Assembly: GCA_038087875.1 (NCBI GenBank)
Contig: CM075998.1
Location: 4,776,001 to 4,840,000 of the forward strand
Source of the DNA: Malacoraja senta
Taxonomy: Eukaryota
Direction: 5' to 3'
DNA length: 64,000 bases
The translations under genes and the position numbers were made by a program. The notes below the pieces were generated by a model. It searched no databases. It was not told the origin of the DNA and worked only from the letters and a program-made list of their open reading frames with translations. Below, piece by piece: positions 36,675 to 48,484 of this stretch. Positions within the stretch are counted from its first letter, which is position 1, and every line of letters starts with the position of its first letter.

Positions 36675-37262
36675 TCTGTTGATACTTTTGATGTATATAA
36701 ATTTTGGTAGAATTGAGCAAATCTTTTGTTAATATCTTTGGGTAGTGTTATCAATTCCCCTTTCTCTGACCTAATTTTAGAAATCGTATGTTCCTTTTCC
36801 CGTTTTTTCATTTGTCGTGCCAAGAGTTTATGTGGCTTGTCGCCAAATTCAAAATATTCCTGTTTTGTAATTTGGAATAGTCTAATAATTCTTTTGGATA
36901 AGATTCTATTTAATTTAAATCTCAATATTAATATCTTATTATGTTTATCCCTAGTTGGGTCTTTGGCGTTGTCTAAGTCCAATTGTCTAATTTTTTCTTC
37001 TAAATTCAGTTGTTCCATTTTATTTTTTTTATTTTCAAATGCTTGATATGAAATTATCGATCCTCTGATAAATGCCTTAAACGATTCCCATAATAATGAG
37101 GGTGATATACCTGGTGTATCATTGTTCTCAAAAAAAATATTCCATCTGTTCTCTTAGATATGCACAACCCTGTGGGTTGCTTACAATTTGGGGATTAAAT
37201 CTCCAGAACGAATTTTTATTGGTCATTCCTTCTATTATTAAGAAAAATGTTAACGGCGCATG

Positions 37263-38118
37263 ATAGATAGATAGATAGATAGACATTTATTGTCACGTAC
37301 ACCAATTGGTGCAGTGAAATTTGACTTGCCATGCAGCACACAAATAAAGATTACATCAAAGAATTTAACAACATAAAAACATCCCCCCACAATGGTACCC
37401 ACTGTGGGGGAAGGCAGCAAAGTCCAGTCCCATCCCCAGTTCACCCATAGTCGGGGCCTATTGAGGCCTCTGCAGTCGCCGATACGGCAGCCCGATGCCT
37501 CAGGCCCTCTCGCCGGATGATGGAGCTCCGGCGTCGGGTGAACACTCTCAGCGGCCCGGAGTGTCTGGAGCGGCCGCCTCCTCCCAGTAGACCGCGGCTC
37601 CCGAAGTCCACGAGCCGCGCTGGTCGATGCTCCGACTCTGGCGACCTCGTCGTGAGATCCCAGGCTCCACGGTGTTCCAAGCTCAGCGCCGCCCGCGGCT
37701 GGAAGCTCCACAGACCGCAGACCACAGCTCCGCGATGTTGGTGCCGGCTGTCACAGCACTCCGGAGCTTACTGCACGGCGACCCGGGTTAGGCACCGCCC
37801 GCTCCGCCCGCGATGGTACTTCAGCGCTGTGCCGCCGCCGAAGCTGAAGTCCTGGCCGGTCCCGGCAGGAAAACGCCGCTCCAGTCTGCCCGTAGGCCGC
37901 GAGGAAGGGGCGAAGATACGGCTCGGAGAAAAGCCGCAACTCCGACCAGGTAGGTACTGAGAAAATAGTTTCCCCCTAACCCCACCCCCCAACCCCCCAC
38001 ATAAAAAGACTAAAGACCTCCAAAACAACCACTTTCAACTAACTAAAAATAAAAAAAAGGGTGAAAAAACTAACAGCTGCTGGCAGGGCAGCCATACTCG
38101 ACGGCGCCCCAGGTGGAA
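37263..38118 (-). mobile_element. GC-rich non-autonomous retroposon inserted in the L1 endonuclease (splits SD|HAP)
   Basis: GTGACAATAAA and (TATC)n tail; hairpin at 37384-37410; L1 coding sequence resumes on both sides. Confidence 0.7.
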
Positions 38119-38324
38119 GATCTGAAATGATACTACTATGGTATTTTGGATTTGATGTAAATGGAATTAATTTCGTATCTACTAAAAAGTAATCAATTCG
38201 TGATTAGGTTTTATCCACCATTGGTCACAACTTTTTGTAGTCTTTGCCGCTCCTGGATGTGCAAGTTGCCGAACCAGGCCACGATGCAACCAGTCAGCAT
38301 GCTCTCTACCGTGCAGACCAGCGC

Positions 38325-40255
38325 AGACCAGCGATCCCCGCACACTAACACTACCCTACACACACACTAGGGAGAATGTTACCATTTTTACCAGGCCAAT
38401 TAGCCTACAGACCTGCACGTCTTTGGAGTGTGGGTGGAAACCGGAGCACCCGGAGAAAACCCACGCAGGTCACGGGGAGAACGTACAAACTCCGTACAGG
38501 CAGCACCCGTAGTCAGGATGGAACCCGGGTCTCTGGCGCTGTGAGGCAGCAACTCGACCGCTGCGCCACCAGTTCTGGTCGCCCCCATTACAGGAAGGAT
38601 GTGGGGGCTTTGGAGAGGGTGCAGAGGAGGTTTACCAGAACGCTGCCTGGATTAGAGGGTTTCAGCTACAGGGAGAGGCTGGACAGACTAGGATTATTTT
38701 CCCTGGAACGTCAGAGGTTGAGGGGAGACCTGATAGAAGTGTATAACGTTATGAGAGGCATAGATAGGGTAGACAGTCAGAACCTTTTCCCCAGGGTGGA
38801 GATGTCCACTAGAGGGCGCAGCTTTAAGGTGAGAGGGGGAAAGTTTAAAGGAGATGTGTGGGGCAGGTTTTTTTTACACAGAGGGTGGTGGGTGCCTGGA
38901 ACGCGCTGTGTACCTGAGCTTGTCGATTATGAATTAGAACTTTGGGACTTTCAATATCTTGGGTTTACACATTTGTGAAAAGGGAACGGTGCATTTTCAG
39001 TGCCTTACTGTGTGTTAGTTATTCCACTTGAGTTCAAAGGTAGACAGAAAATGCTGGAGAAACTCAGTGGGTGAAGCAGCATCTATGGAGAGAAGGAATA
39101 GGCGCTGTTTCGGGTCGAGACCCTTCTTCAGACCTGACAACTCTCTGCGATTTCTTGCGGTGTTGGATGGAGCTGTTCCCAAACCGTGCTGCGATGCATC
39201 CCGATAAAATGCTTTCCGCGGCGCATCTGTAGAAGTTGGTGAGAGTTGTTGGGGACATGTCGAACTTCCAATCTAACCAATACCACAGCTTTAAGGTGAG
39301 AGGGGGAAAGTTTAAAGGAGATGTGTGGGGAGACTTGTCTTTTTTACACAGAGGGTGGTGGGTGCCTGGAACGCGCTGCCAGGGGTGGTGGTGGAGGCAG
39401 ATACGATAGTGGTGTTTAAGAGGCTTTTAGATAGGCACGTGGATATGCAGGGAATGGAGGGATATGGATCACGTGCAGGCAGAGGAGATCAGTTTAACTT
39501 GGCATCATGTTCAGCACGGACATTGTGGGCCGAAGGGCCTGTTCCTGTGCTATACTGTTCCATGTTCTGTGTTCTTATGTAGAATGTCCATTGATTTGCA
39601 ATATCTCCGGAGGGAACGGTGGTTTAGGCACAGTATTCCTGGAGACTCTTCTCAGTCTGTAGTTACTGGAATCGAAAATAAGTTAGAGGAATATGTGTTG
39701 ATGGATACTCTGAGATAGAGTCACAGTGATACAGTGTGGAAACAGGCCCTTCCACCCAACTTGCCCTCACCGGCCAATATGTCCCAGCTACACTAGTCAT
39801 AGAGTGACACAGTGTGGAAACAGGCCCAACTTGCCCACACCAGCCAACATGTCCCAGCTACACTAGTCCCACCTGCCTGTGTTTGGTCCATATCCCTCCA
39901 AACCTGTCCTATCCGTGTACCTGTCTAACTGTTTCTTAAACGTTGGGATAGTCCCAGTCTCAACTACCTCCTCCGGCAGCTCGTTCCATACACCCACCAC
40001 CCTTTGTGTGAAAAAGTTACCCCTCAGATTCCTATTAAATCTTTCCCCCTTCACCTTAAACCTATGTCCTCTGGTCCTCGATTCCCCTACTGTGGGCAAG
40101 AGACTCTGTGCATCTATCCGATCTATTCCTCTCATGATTTTATACACCTCTATAAGATCACCCCTCATCCTCCTGCGCTCCAGGGAATAGAGACCCAGCC
40201 TGCTCAACCTCTCCCTGTAGCTCAGGCCCTCTAGTCCTGGCAACATCCTCGTAAT
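38325..40255. mobile_element. HE1-like SINE (38325-38572 -) and CR1 3' fragments (38572-38905 +, 39285-39580 +, 39720-40255 -)
   Basis: SINE head and V-domain; LERVQRRFTRTLPGL and MLPGLEGLSYRERL peptides. Confidence 0.85.
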
Positions 40256-40464
40256 TTTTTTCAGTTCAAGTGGAACAAGAGTTGATTTTGCTGTTTCAAG
40301 ATTTGTAATTGATGCAATGTACCGTTTGAACTGGCCTTCTGCGTATTAAAACTTAATAAGCTTCTCCCCTAGACCATACATTCTATTCTCGATGCGAACT
40401 GCATGCATGCCGTGCAATGTGATGCATTGCAGTAATTTCCAGCGCAGCATGGTAACTATGGTTA

Positions 40465-42078
40465 CAGCCCATCCCTCCCTTCCATCGACTCCATCTACAC
40501 CTCACGCTGCCTCGGCAAGGCCAGCAGCATCATCAAGGACCAGTCTCACCCCCGGCCATTCCCTCTTCTCCCCTCTCCCATCGGGCAAGAGGTACAGAAG
40601 TGTGAAAACGAACGCAAACACACACCTCCAGATTCAGGGACAGTTTCTTCCCGGCTGTTATCAGGCAACTGAACCATCCTCTCACCAACTAGAGAGCGGT
40701 CCTGACCTCCCATCTACCTCATTGGTGACCCTCGGACTATCTTTGATAGGACATTACCTTGTACTAAACGTTATTCCCTTTATCCTGTATCTGTACACTG
40801 TGGACGGCTCGATTGTAATCATGTATTGTCTTTCCGCTCACTGGCTGCCAAGGAATAGGAGAAGGTCTCGCACCCTCAGTCAACCTTTCCTGAAACCGTT
40901 TCCTCATGTCAACCGTGGAGAACAAAACCCTCGTACTTGACCTGTTGACCCAGTATTAACGTGACGGAACTTCGAGAAGCCATATGTGTGGCGCTGCCTC
41001 TCGGCTCCAGAGACAGGGGTTCGATCCCGACCTCGGGTGCTGGCTGTGTGTGTGTGTGGAGTTTGCACGTTCTCCTCGTGGCCGCGTGGGTTTCCTCCGG
41101 GTGCTCCGGTTTCCTCCCACGTCCTGAAGACGTGCGGTGACTTGTATTCGTAGGTTACTTGTTGTGACTGCCCCTCGTGTGTCGGGAGTGGATGAGAATG
41201 TCGGATAACACAGAACGAATGTGAGCGGGTGGTGGATGGTCAGCGTGGACTCGGTGGGCCGAAGGGCCTGTTTACATGCTGTATCCTCTTATCAATCAAG
41301 TCACCTTTAAGTTCAAGGGGTTACATTGGCGGTTTGTGGGATCGCTCCCTTGTTTAAGTAAGTAAGTAAGTTTATTGGCCAAGTATTCACATACAAGGAA
41401 TTTGCCTTGGTGCTCTGCCCACAAGTATCAACATGACATACAGTGACAGTTACGAATGACTCAGTAAACACTAAACATTAATAATAATAAAACATTAATG
41501 ATAAAACACCATTGATCAAGCATGTGAACCAACAAAATACCAGATCAAAGGGAGGCTACAGATTTTTGGCTGTTGAGTAGAGCAACTACTCGTGGATAAA
41601 AACTGTGTTTATGTCTGGCTGTGGCAGCTTTGACAGTCCGGAGTCGCCTTCCAGAGGGAAGTGATTCAAAGAGTTTGTGGCCAGGGTGAGAGGGGTCAGA
41701 GGTGATCTTGCCCGCTCGCTTCCTGGCCCTTGCAGTGTACAGTTCATCAATGGAGGGAAGGTTGCAGCCAATAACCTTCTTTTAGTTTAGTTTAGAGATA
41801 CAGCGCGGAAACAGGCCCTTCGGCCCACCGAGTCCGTGCCGACCAGCGATCCCCGCACACTAACACTATCCTACACACACTAGGGGGCAATTTACTAATT
41901 TACCAAAGCCAATTAACCTACAAACCTGCACGTCTTTGGAGTGTGGGAGGAAACCGGAGCACCCGTAGAAAACCCACGCAGGTCACGGGGAGAAGGTACA
42001 AACTCCGTACAGACAGCACCCGTAGTCAGGATGGAACCCGGGTCTCCGGCGCCGTGAGGCAGCAACTCTACCGCTGCT
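40465..42078. mobile_element. Rex1 fragments (40465-40850 +, 41355-41780 -) and SINEs (40985-41300 +, 41780-42078 -)
   Basis: PLPSGKRYRSV motif; SINE boxes. Confidence 0.8.
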
Positions 42079-42240
42079 CCAAGTGGTGGCTGGGAGCGAT
42101 GGAGAGATGTGGGGAGGGACTTCATGAGGTAGCGGGCTGAAGGTGAAAGCACGGGCACCAGAAGCGAAGGGTCACATTCAGAGAGAGAAGTGGAGAGATT
42201 TCAGCGGGTTTTAGACTGGAAGGACGTCAGGAAAGACTTA

Positions 42241-42410
42241 AGGGCCCGTCCCACTTACGCAATTTTTTTCGGCGACTTGCCGGCACCCGCCATTATTCGC
42301 AGCAGGTGGCCGAAAACGTTCAACATGTTGAAAATCCAGCGGTGACCAGAAAAGGGTACGACTCTTTGGGCGACTACTCGCCGCCAAACAGGCGTCACGT
42401 GTCGACATGC
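42241..42410. mobile_element. Partial Harbinger-like MITE (family of 47812-48077)
   Basis: TTA then AGGGCCCGTCCCACTTACG left TIR; right end not seen. Confidence 0.7.
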
Positions 42411-43569
42411 CTCCACCGCTGCCCTGCCTCTCCACGCATCTTCTGGGCCCCGCCTGACCCACTCGCTCAGTCCCAGTTGAGACTCCAGCAGCGCCCGATC
42501 CACGAGGTCCGAATGCAGAACAAAAAAACACGACAAACTCCCAAGCAGAATGGAGATCGGGGTTTCCGCAATGGAGTTCGTAGTGTTCAATTGCCGAACA
42601 GTGAAAGGCCTGGATAGAGTGGATGTGGAGAGGATGTTTCCACAGGTGAGGATGTCTCCACATCCACTCTATCCAGGCCTTTCACTATTCGGTAAGTATC
42701 AATGAGGTCCCCCTTATCCTTCTAAACTCCAGCGAGTACAGGCCCAGTGCCGACAAACGCTCATCATATGTTAACCCACTCATTCCCGGGATCATTCTCG
42801 TAAACCTCCTCTGGACCCTCTTCAGGACCAGCACATCCTTCCTCAGATATTGGGCCCAGATTTGCTCACAGTACTCCAAATGCGGCCTGCCCAGCGCCTT
42901 ATGGAGCCCTCATCCTTCTAAAGTAAAAGGCAAACTGAAGGCTACCTCCACTGTACAGGTTGCCTGCAGCTTTCCTGGGCACCGTTCACTCATCAGGGGC
43001 ACACAGGGGCTAGACAGGCTCATCGGAGAGGGTTTGTGTCTGCAGAGCCTGCATTAAACCCGCGCTGCCTTTGGCCTGTAAGCAACACTTGCAACGGCCC
43101 TTGGTTAGTTGTGGCAAGAGGCAAACTCTCAGGCACGGCCTGCGCACTGCCGCGACAGGGCCAAGCTTGATTGAACACAGCTGGTCAACACTGGTCGATG
43201 AGAGAGCGCGCAGGAAAAATGGAAGACAGGGGAGGGGAGGGGAGGGGGAGGGGAGGGGAGAGGAGGTGAGACATTCCTGTTCCTGTGCCCATCTCCACTA
43301 GTCCCACCGGCCCGCGTTTGGCCCATATCCCTCTAAACCTGTCCTATCCATGTACCTGTTTAACTGTCTTTTAAATGTTGGGATAGTCCCAGCCTCAACT
43401 GCCTCCTCCGGCAGCTCGTTCCATACACCCGCCACCCTCTGTGTGATAGAGTTGGTGAAGACCAGCTATTGTAGAACGTAGAACATAGAACAGTACAGCA
43501 CAGGAACAGGCCCTTCGGCCCGCTGTGTCCATGCCGAACATGATGCACGTGATCCATGTCCCTCCGTTT

Positions 43570-43808
43570 ACGAAGGAACTGCAGATGCTGGAAAATCGCA
43601 GGTTGACAAAAGTGCTGGTGAAACTCAGCGGGTGCAGCAGCATCTATGGAGCGAAGGAAATAGGCAACGTTTCGGGACGAAACCCTTCCGGGTTTCATCC
43701 TGAAACGTTGCCTATTTCCTTCTGGGTTTCGTCCCGAAACGTTGCCTATTTCCTTCGCTCCATAGATGCTGCTGCACCCGCTGAGTTTCTCCAGCACTTT
43801 TGTCTACC
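43570..43808. mobile_element. Penelope-derived foldback
   Basis: Same layout as 2537-2810. Confidence 0.75.
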
Positions 43809-43923
43809 ATCCATGTCCCTCCGTTCCCTGCATATCCATCAGCCTCTTAAAACGCCACTATCGTATCTGCCTCCACCACCACCCCTGGCAACGCGTTCCA
43901 GCCACCCACCACCCTCTGTGTAA

Positions 43924-44290
43924 AGGATTTTTCCCATCTATGATAAAATAAAAGAGTTATTAGTGTTTAAAAACTTCTGAGATTCTCTCTCCTGTCAATC
44001 ACGCCATGAAGGCCACGCCCCTTCTGGTGGGAGGGGCGGAGGGACTATAAAACCCAGAAGTGTGGGCGTGGCTCAGCCTCTGCAAGATGGCGGAGGGAGA
44101 GGTCACGACTTGCTGTCTTTAGGGGCCTTGCACCCTGCTTGAAATGGTATGAAACTGCACTTGAATTTGGTGGCCTTGCACCCTGCTAAAAGTGGTAAGA
44201 AACTGCACTTGAATTTGGTGCCCTTGCAACCTGCTTGAAATGGAAGTGATTGAGCCGCCGGCCCAAGAATCCATTTGGCCCACAATGTCC
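43924..44290 (+). mobile_element. Partial copy of the Helitron-like element at 45163-45914
   Basis: Closely similar to ~45296-45755 but with fewer 48-bp units. Confidence 0.7.
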
Positions 44291-44944
44291 CTCCGTTCCC
44301 TGCATATCCATCAGCCTCTGAAAACGCCACTATCGTATCTGCCTCCACCACCACCCCTGGCACCCCTGTGTAAAAAAACCTGCCCCGCACATCTCCTTTA
44401 AACCTTGCCCCAGCCTTCCTGACTCGCCAGTCTGAGAGTTCACCATGACCAAAGAGAGATGCGCGAAATTCATCGTGACCTGACAAACTGGAGCTGACGT
44501 GCACTAAGAGGAAATAAAAATGTCACAGAGGCTAAAACTAGAAAACATCGGTTTAAGGTGAGATGGCAAAGATTTAAAGGGGCATGTTTTCCACACCGAT
44601 GGCTACGGGCCACACAGACTGCCCGGGAGCCTAGGAGACTGCAAAATGTGGTGAACACTGCCCAGTCCATCACAGGTACAGGTACAGGTACTGACCTCCA
44701 CACCATCGAAGGGATCTACAGGAGTCGCTGCCTCAAAAAGGCAGCCAGCATCATCAGAGACCCACACCATACCCTGGCCACGCTCTCATTTCACCCCTGC
44801 CATCGGGAAGAAGGTACAGGAGCCTGAAAACTGTAACGTCCAGGTTCAGGAACAGCTACTTCCCTACAGTCATCAGGCTATTAATGCTAAAGCTGTTTGG
44901 AAATGCGAAAGCTGTGTTGCCTTTGGTTTGGAAATGCTAAAGCT

Positions 44945-45161
44945 GTGTTGACTAATTAAAGTTGCCTTGCCTAATTAAAGTTGCCTTGCCTAATTACAGT
45001 TGCCTTGCCTAATTAAAGTTGCCATGCCTAATTACAGTTGCCTTGCCTAATTACAGTTGCCTTGCCTAATTAATGTTGCCTTGCCTAATTAATGTTGCCT
45101 TGCCTAATTAAAGTTTCCTTGCCTAATTAATGTTGCCTTGCCTAATTAATGTTGCCTTGCC
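44945..45161. repeat. 19-bp minisatellite (CCTAATTAAAGTTGCCTTG)n
   Basis: About 11 tandem units. Confidence 0.95.
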
Positions 45162-45162
45162 T

Positions 45163-45914
45163 TCTATATAATTAAAAGTCTAATCTTGACCACTTCCTGT
45201 TTGCGCTTTATATTGATTTTAGAAAAAACGCTACCACGTACGGCTGTGATTTTTGGCCATCTTACTCAGAGTACCCCTCCGCTCATCAGGTGCCGAGGAT
45301 TTTTCCCATCTATGAAAAATAAAAGAGTTATTAGTGTTTAAAAAATTCTGAGATTCTCTCTCCTGTCAATCACGCCATGAAGGCCACGCCCCTTCCGGTG
45401 GGAGGGGGGGAGGGACTATAAAACCCAGAAGTGTGGGCGTGGCTCAGCCTCTGCAAGATGGCGGAGGGAGAGGTCACGACTTGCTGTCTTTAGGGGCCTT
45501 GCACCCTGCTTGAAATGGTATGAAACTGCACTTGAATTTGGTGGCCTTGCACCCTGCTTGAAGTGGTAAGAAACTGCACTTGAATTTGGTGGCCTTGCAC
45601 CCTGCTTGAAGTGGTATGAAACTGCACTTAAATTTGGTGGCCTTGCAACCTGCTTGAAGTGGTAAGAAACTGCACTTGAATTTGGTGGCCTTGCAACCTG
45701 CTTGAAATGGAAGTGATTGAGCTGCCGGCCCAATAATCCATTTGGCCCACAACGTCCATACTAGCCCTCTGAAAACCAGTCCCTTCAGCCCACAACACCC
45801 TTACTAGCACTCCAGAAAGCCCCCCCCCCCCCCACTGGCCACCAATATTGGAATTGGTGGAGAGGTGGAATATTGTGTTGGGGGACCAGCCCTCCTGTGT
45901 GATACTTAGTCTAG
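45163..45914 (+). mobile_element. Probable non-autonomous Helitron
   Basis: Starts TCTATATAATTAAAAG and ends TTAGTCTAG followed by T; internal 48-bp tandem repeats (~45495-45710); no TIR or TSD; subterminal hairpin not evident. Confidence 0.55.
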
Positions 45915-46554
45915 TATACTATATATACCGAGGGTGTATATGTACTACCAGAGAGAGCTAGATAGGACTCTTAAAAATAGCGGAGTCAGGGGATATGGGG
46001 AGAAGGCAGGAACGGGGTACTGATTGGGGATGATCAGCCATGATCACATTGAATGGCGGTGCTGGCTCGAAGGGCTGAATGGCCTACTCCTGCACCTATT
46101 GTCTATTGTCTATTGTCTATTGAATTTTGGATTCATTCTCGCCTCGTTCGCCCTGTCCTGGGAGGGCGGACTTTGCTGGAGGTTGCTGCATCTTCTTCAT
46201 CTGTTGCAGTTACAGCATGGACCATGGCCTGACCTTCCTCTGTGTCACACTGACCCTCGCACGGCACATCACAGCAGCCTCTGCTCTCCACGTGTCGCCA
46301 GAGGCAATATTTATCACGGGATAGACACAAAGTGCTGGAGTAACCCAGCGGGACAGGCAGCATCTCGGGAGAGAAGGGGCGGGTGACCTTTCGGGTCGAG
46401 ACCCTTCTTCACTAGGCAGAGGTTCACTTGGACCTCTTCAAACCACATCTACGACAATCGGTGCTCCCGATGAGGCCACCTCCACCGTGCCCGACTTGCC
46501 CACCAAGATGCCCCATCTACACGAGTCCCACCTGCCCACCTTTGGCCCATGTCT

Positions 46555-46865
46555 TCAGTTTAGTTTAGAGATACAGCCCGCAAACAGGCCCTTCATCCCA
46601 CCGAGTCCGTGCCAACCAGCGATCCCCACACACTAACACCATCCTACACACACTAGGGACAATTTACACTTATACCAAGCCAATTAACCTACAAACCTGC
46701 ACGTCTTTGGGGTGTGGGAGGAAACCGAAGATCTCGGAGAAAATCCACGCAGGTCACGGGGAGAACGTACAAACTCTGTACAGACAGCACCCGTAGTCAG
46801 GATGGAACCCGGGTCTCTGGCGCTGTGAGGCAGCAACTCTACCGCTGCGCCACTGTGCCGCCCAA
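46555..46865 (-). mobile_element. HE1-like V-SINE
   Basis: Full head, V-domain and tail. Confidence 0.9.
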
Positions 46866-47060
46866 CATTTACACCGAAGATAGACACAAACTGCTGGAGT
46901 AACTCAGCGGGACAGGCAGCATCTCTGGAGAGAAGGAATGGGTGACGTATCGGGTCGAGACCCTTCTTCAGACTGAGAGTCAGGGGAGAGGGAAACTAGA
47001 GATATAAAAAAGGTGCATAGAACAAACTCAAACGTCTAGATTCTCTCTCCCCTGACTCTT

Positions 47061-47605
47061 GGTCTGAAGAAGGGTCTCGACCCGAATCGTCACCTATCCA
47101 TACTCTCCACAGATGCTGCCTGACCCGCTGAGTTACTCCAGCACTCTGTGAAACGTCACCTATCCATGTTCTCCACAGATGCTGCCTGACCCGCTGAGTT
47201 ACTCCAGCACTCTGTGAAACGTCACCTATCCATGTTCTCCACAGATGCTGCCTGACCCGCTGAGTTACTCCAGCACTCTGTGAAACGTCACCTATCCATG
47301 TTCTCCACAGATGCTGCCTGACCCGCTGAGTTACTCCAGCACTCTGTGAAACGTCACCTATCCATGTTCTCCACAGATGCTGCCTGACCCGCTGAGTTAC
47401 TCCAGCACTCTGTGAAACGTCACCTATCCATGTTCCGGCAGCATCTATGGAGCGAAGGAAATAGGCAATGTTTCGGCCCGAAACCCTTCCGGGTTTCGGC
47501 CCGAAACGTTGCCTATTTCCTTCAGGGTTTTGGCCCGAAATGTTGCCCATTTCCTTCGCTCCACAGATGCTGCCTGACCCGCTGAGTTACTCCAGCACTC
47601 TGTGC
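47061..47605 (+). repeat. Hammerhead-like motif followed by a 66-bp array (~5 units) and a foldback
   Basis: GGT-CTGAAGA-AGGGTCTCGACCC-GAAT(mutated)CGTC-ACC, then units starting GAAACGTCACCTATCC. Confidence 0.9.
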
Positions 47606-47811
47606 CTATCTCAATGCAAACCTACTGCTTGCCCTGGGTTCTGGACAACCTGAAGAGGGGCTCCACAAACACCTCCGACCCACGCAGCCTTCAATTGACG
47701 AGCTGTACCTTTTATCCCCGCACCTTGCTATGAAAGTGAATAATTCCTACGCCGTCATTCATCAGCTTAGATCTGCTCACATCGAATCACATTTGACAGC
47801 CATTAGGCTGA

Positions 47812-48077
47812 AGGGCCCGTCCCACTTACGTGATTTTCTTTCGGCGACTTGCTGGCACCCGTCAATAGCCGCAGCAGGTTGGCCGAAAATGTTCCTGCAT
47901 GTTGGAAATCCAGGGGCGACCAGAAAAAGATACAACTCTTTGGGCGACTACTCGCGGCCATACAGGCGTCACCCCGTGACATGTCGACACGTGACGCCTG
48001 TGTTTTGGCCACCCGCTGCGACTGTGACGGGTGCCGGCAAGTAGCCCAAAAAAAATCGCGTAAGTGGGACAGGCCCT
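47812..48077. mobile_element. MITE, PIF/Harbinger-like
   Basis: TIR AGGGCCYGTCCCACTTACG; flanks TGA/TAA. Confidence 0.85.
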
Positions 48078-48484
48078 TAAGTGCCAGGAGCTTTCCACGT
48101 CGCTTTGAACAATCAACGTTGCCACTACACACGAGATCCGTCTGTGTTTTTGATCGAATCGCGAAGATCATCGATGGAGATCGTGGAAGTATCAGTCGAG
48201 GGTCTGACACCCTCGGGATAAGCCACTAATTGCTTCTTCCCAACGCAAGTAACGTGTGTCTATAATTGCCCACTGTTTCCAATTGCCCAGCGAGCATTTG
48301 ATCACTTCACCACTTACAAGTAACCAGTCTCTGAGGAGCTACCTCTGGAATCAAGTACCTCTTGAAGTCGGTTCCGCACCAGGTTTCTGCACCACGTTTG
48401 CCTTACAAAGTACTGATTCAGCATGGGAGCCAAGATTTGCAACAAAATATCAATAAAGCATAATGATCACTTGGCCTCTTGCAT

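Larger units (their letters stand above)
29103..38221 (-). mobile_element. L1-clade LINE, 5'-truncated within the endonuclease, decayed and multiply interrupted
   Basis: 15-bp TSD TGGTCACAACTTTTT (29088-29102 and 38222-38236); AATAAA and A-rich tail; ORF2 pieces SRIDYFL..SDHAP, SYRAIALLNTDQKILAK, SLDAEKAFD, QGCGLSPLLF, YADD, CDKC. Confidence 0.92.

Noticed and set aside
37250..38028. Overlapping GC-rich ORFs (also 3581-4185 and 32952-33302)
   Set aside because: Open in several frames because of high GC; no recognisable domains; inside repeats.
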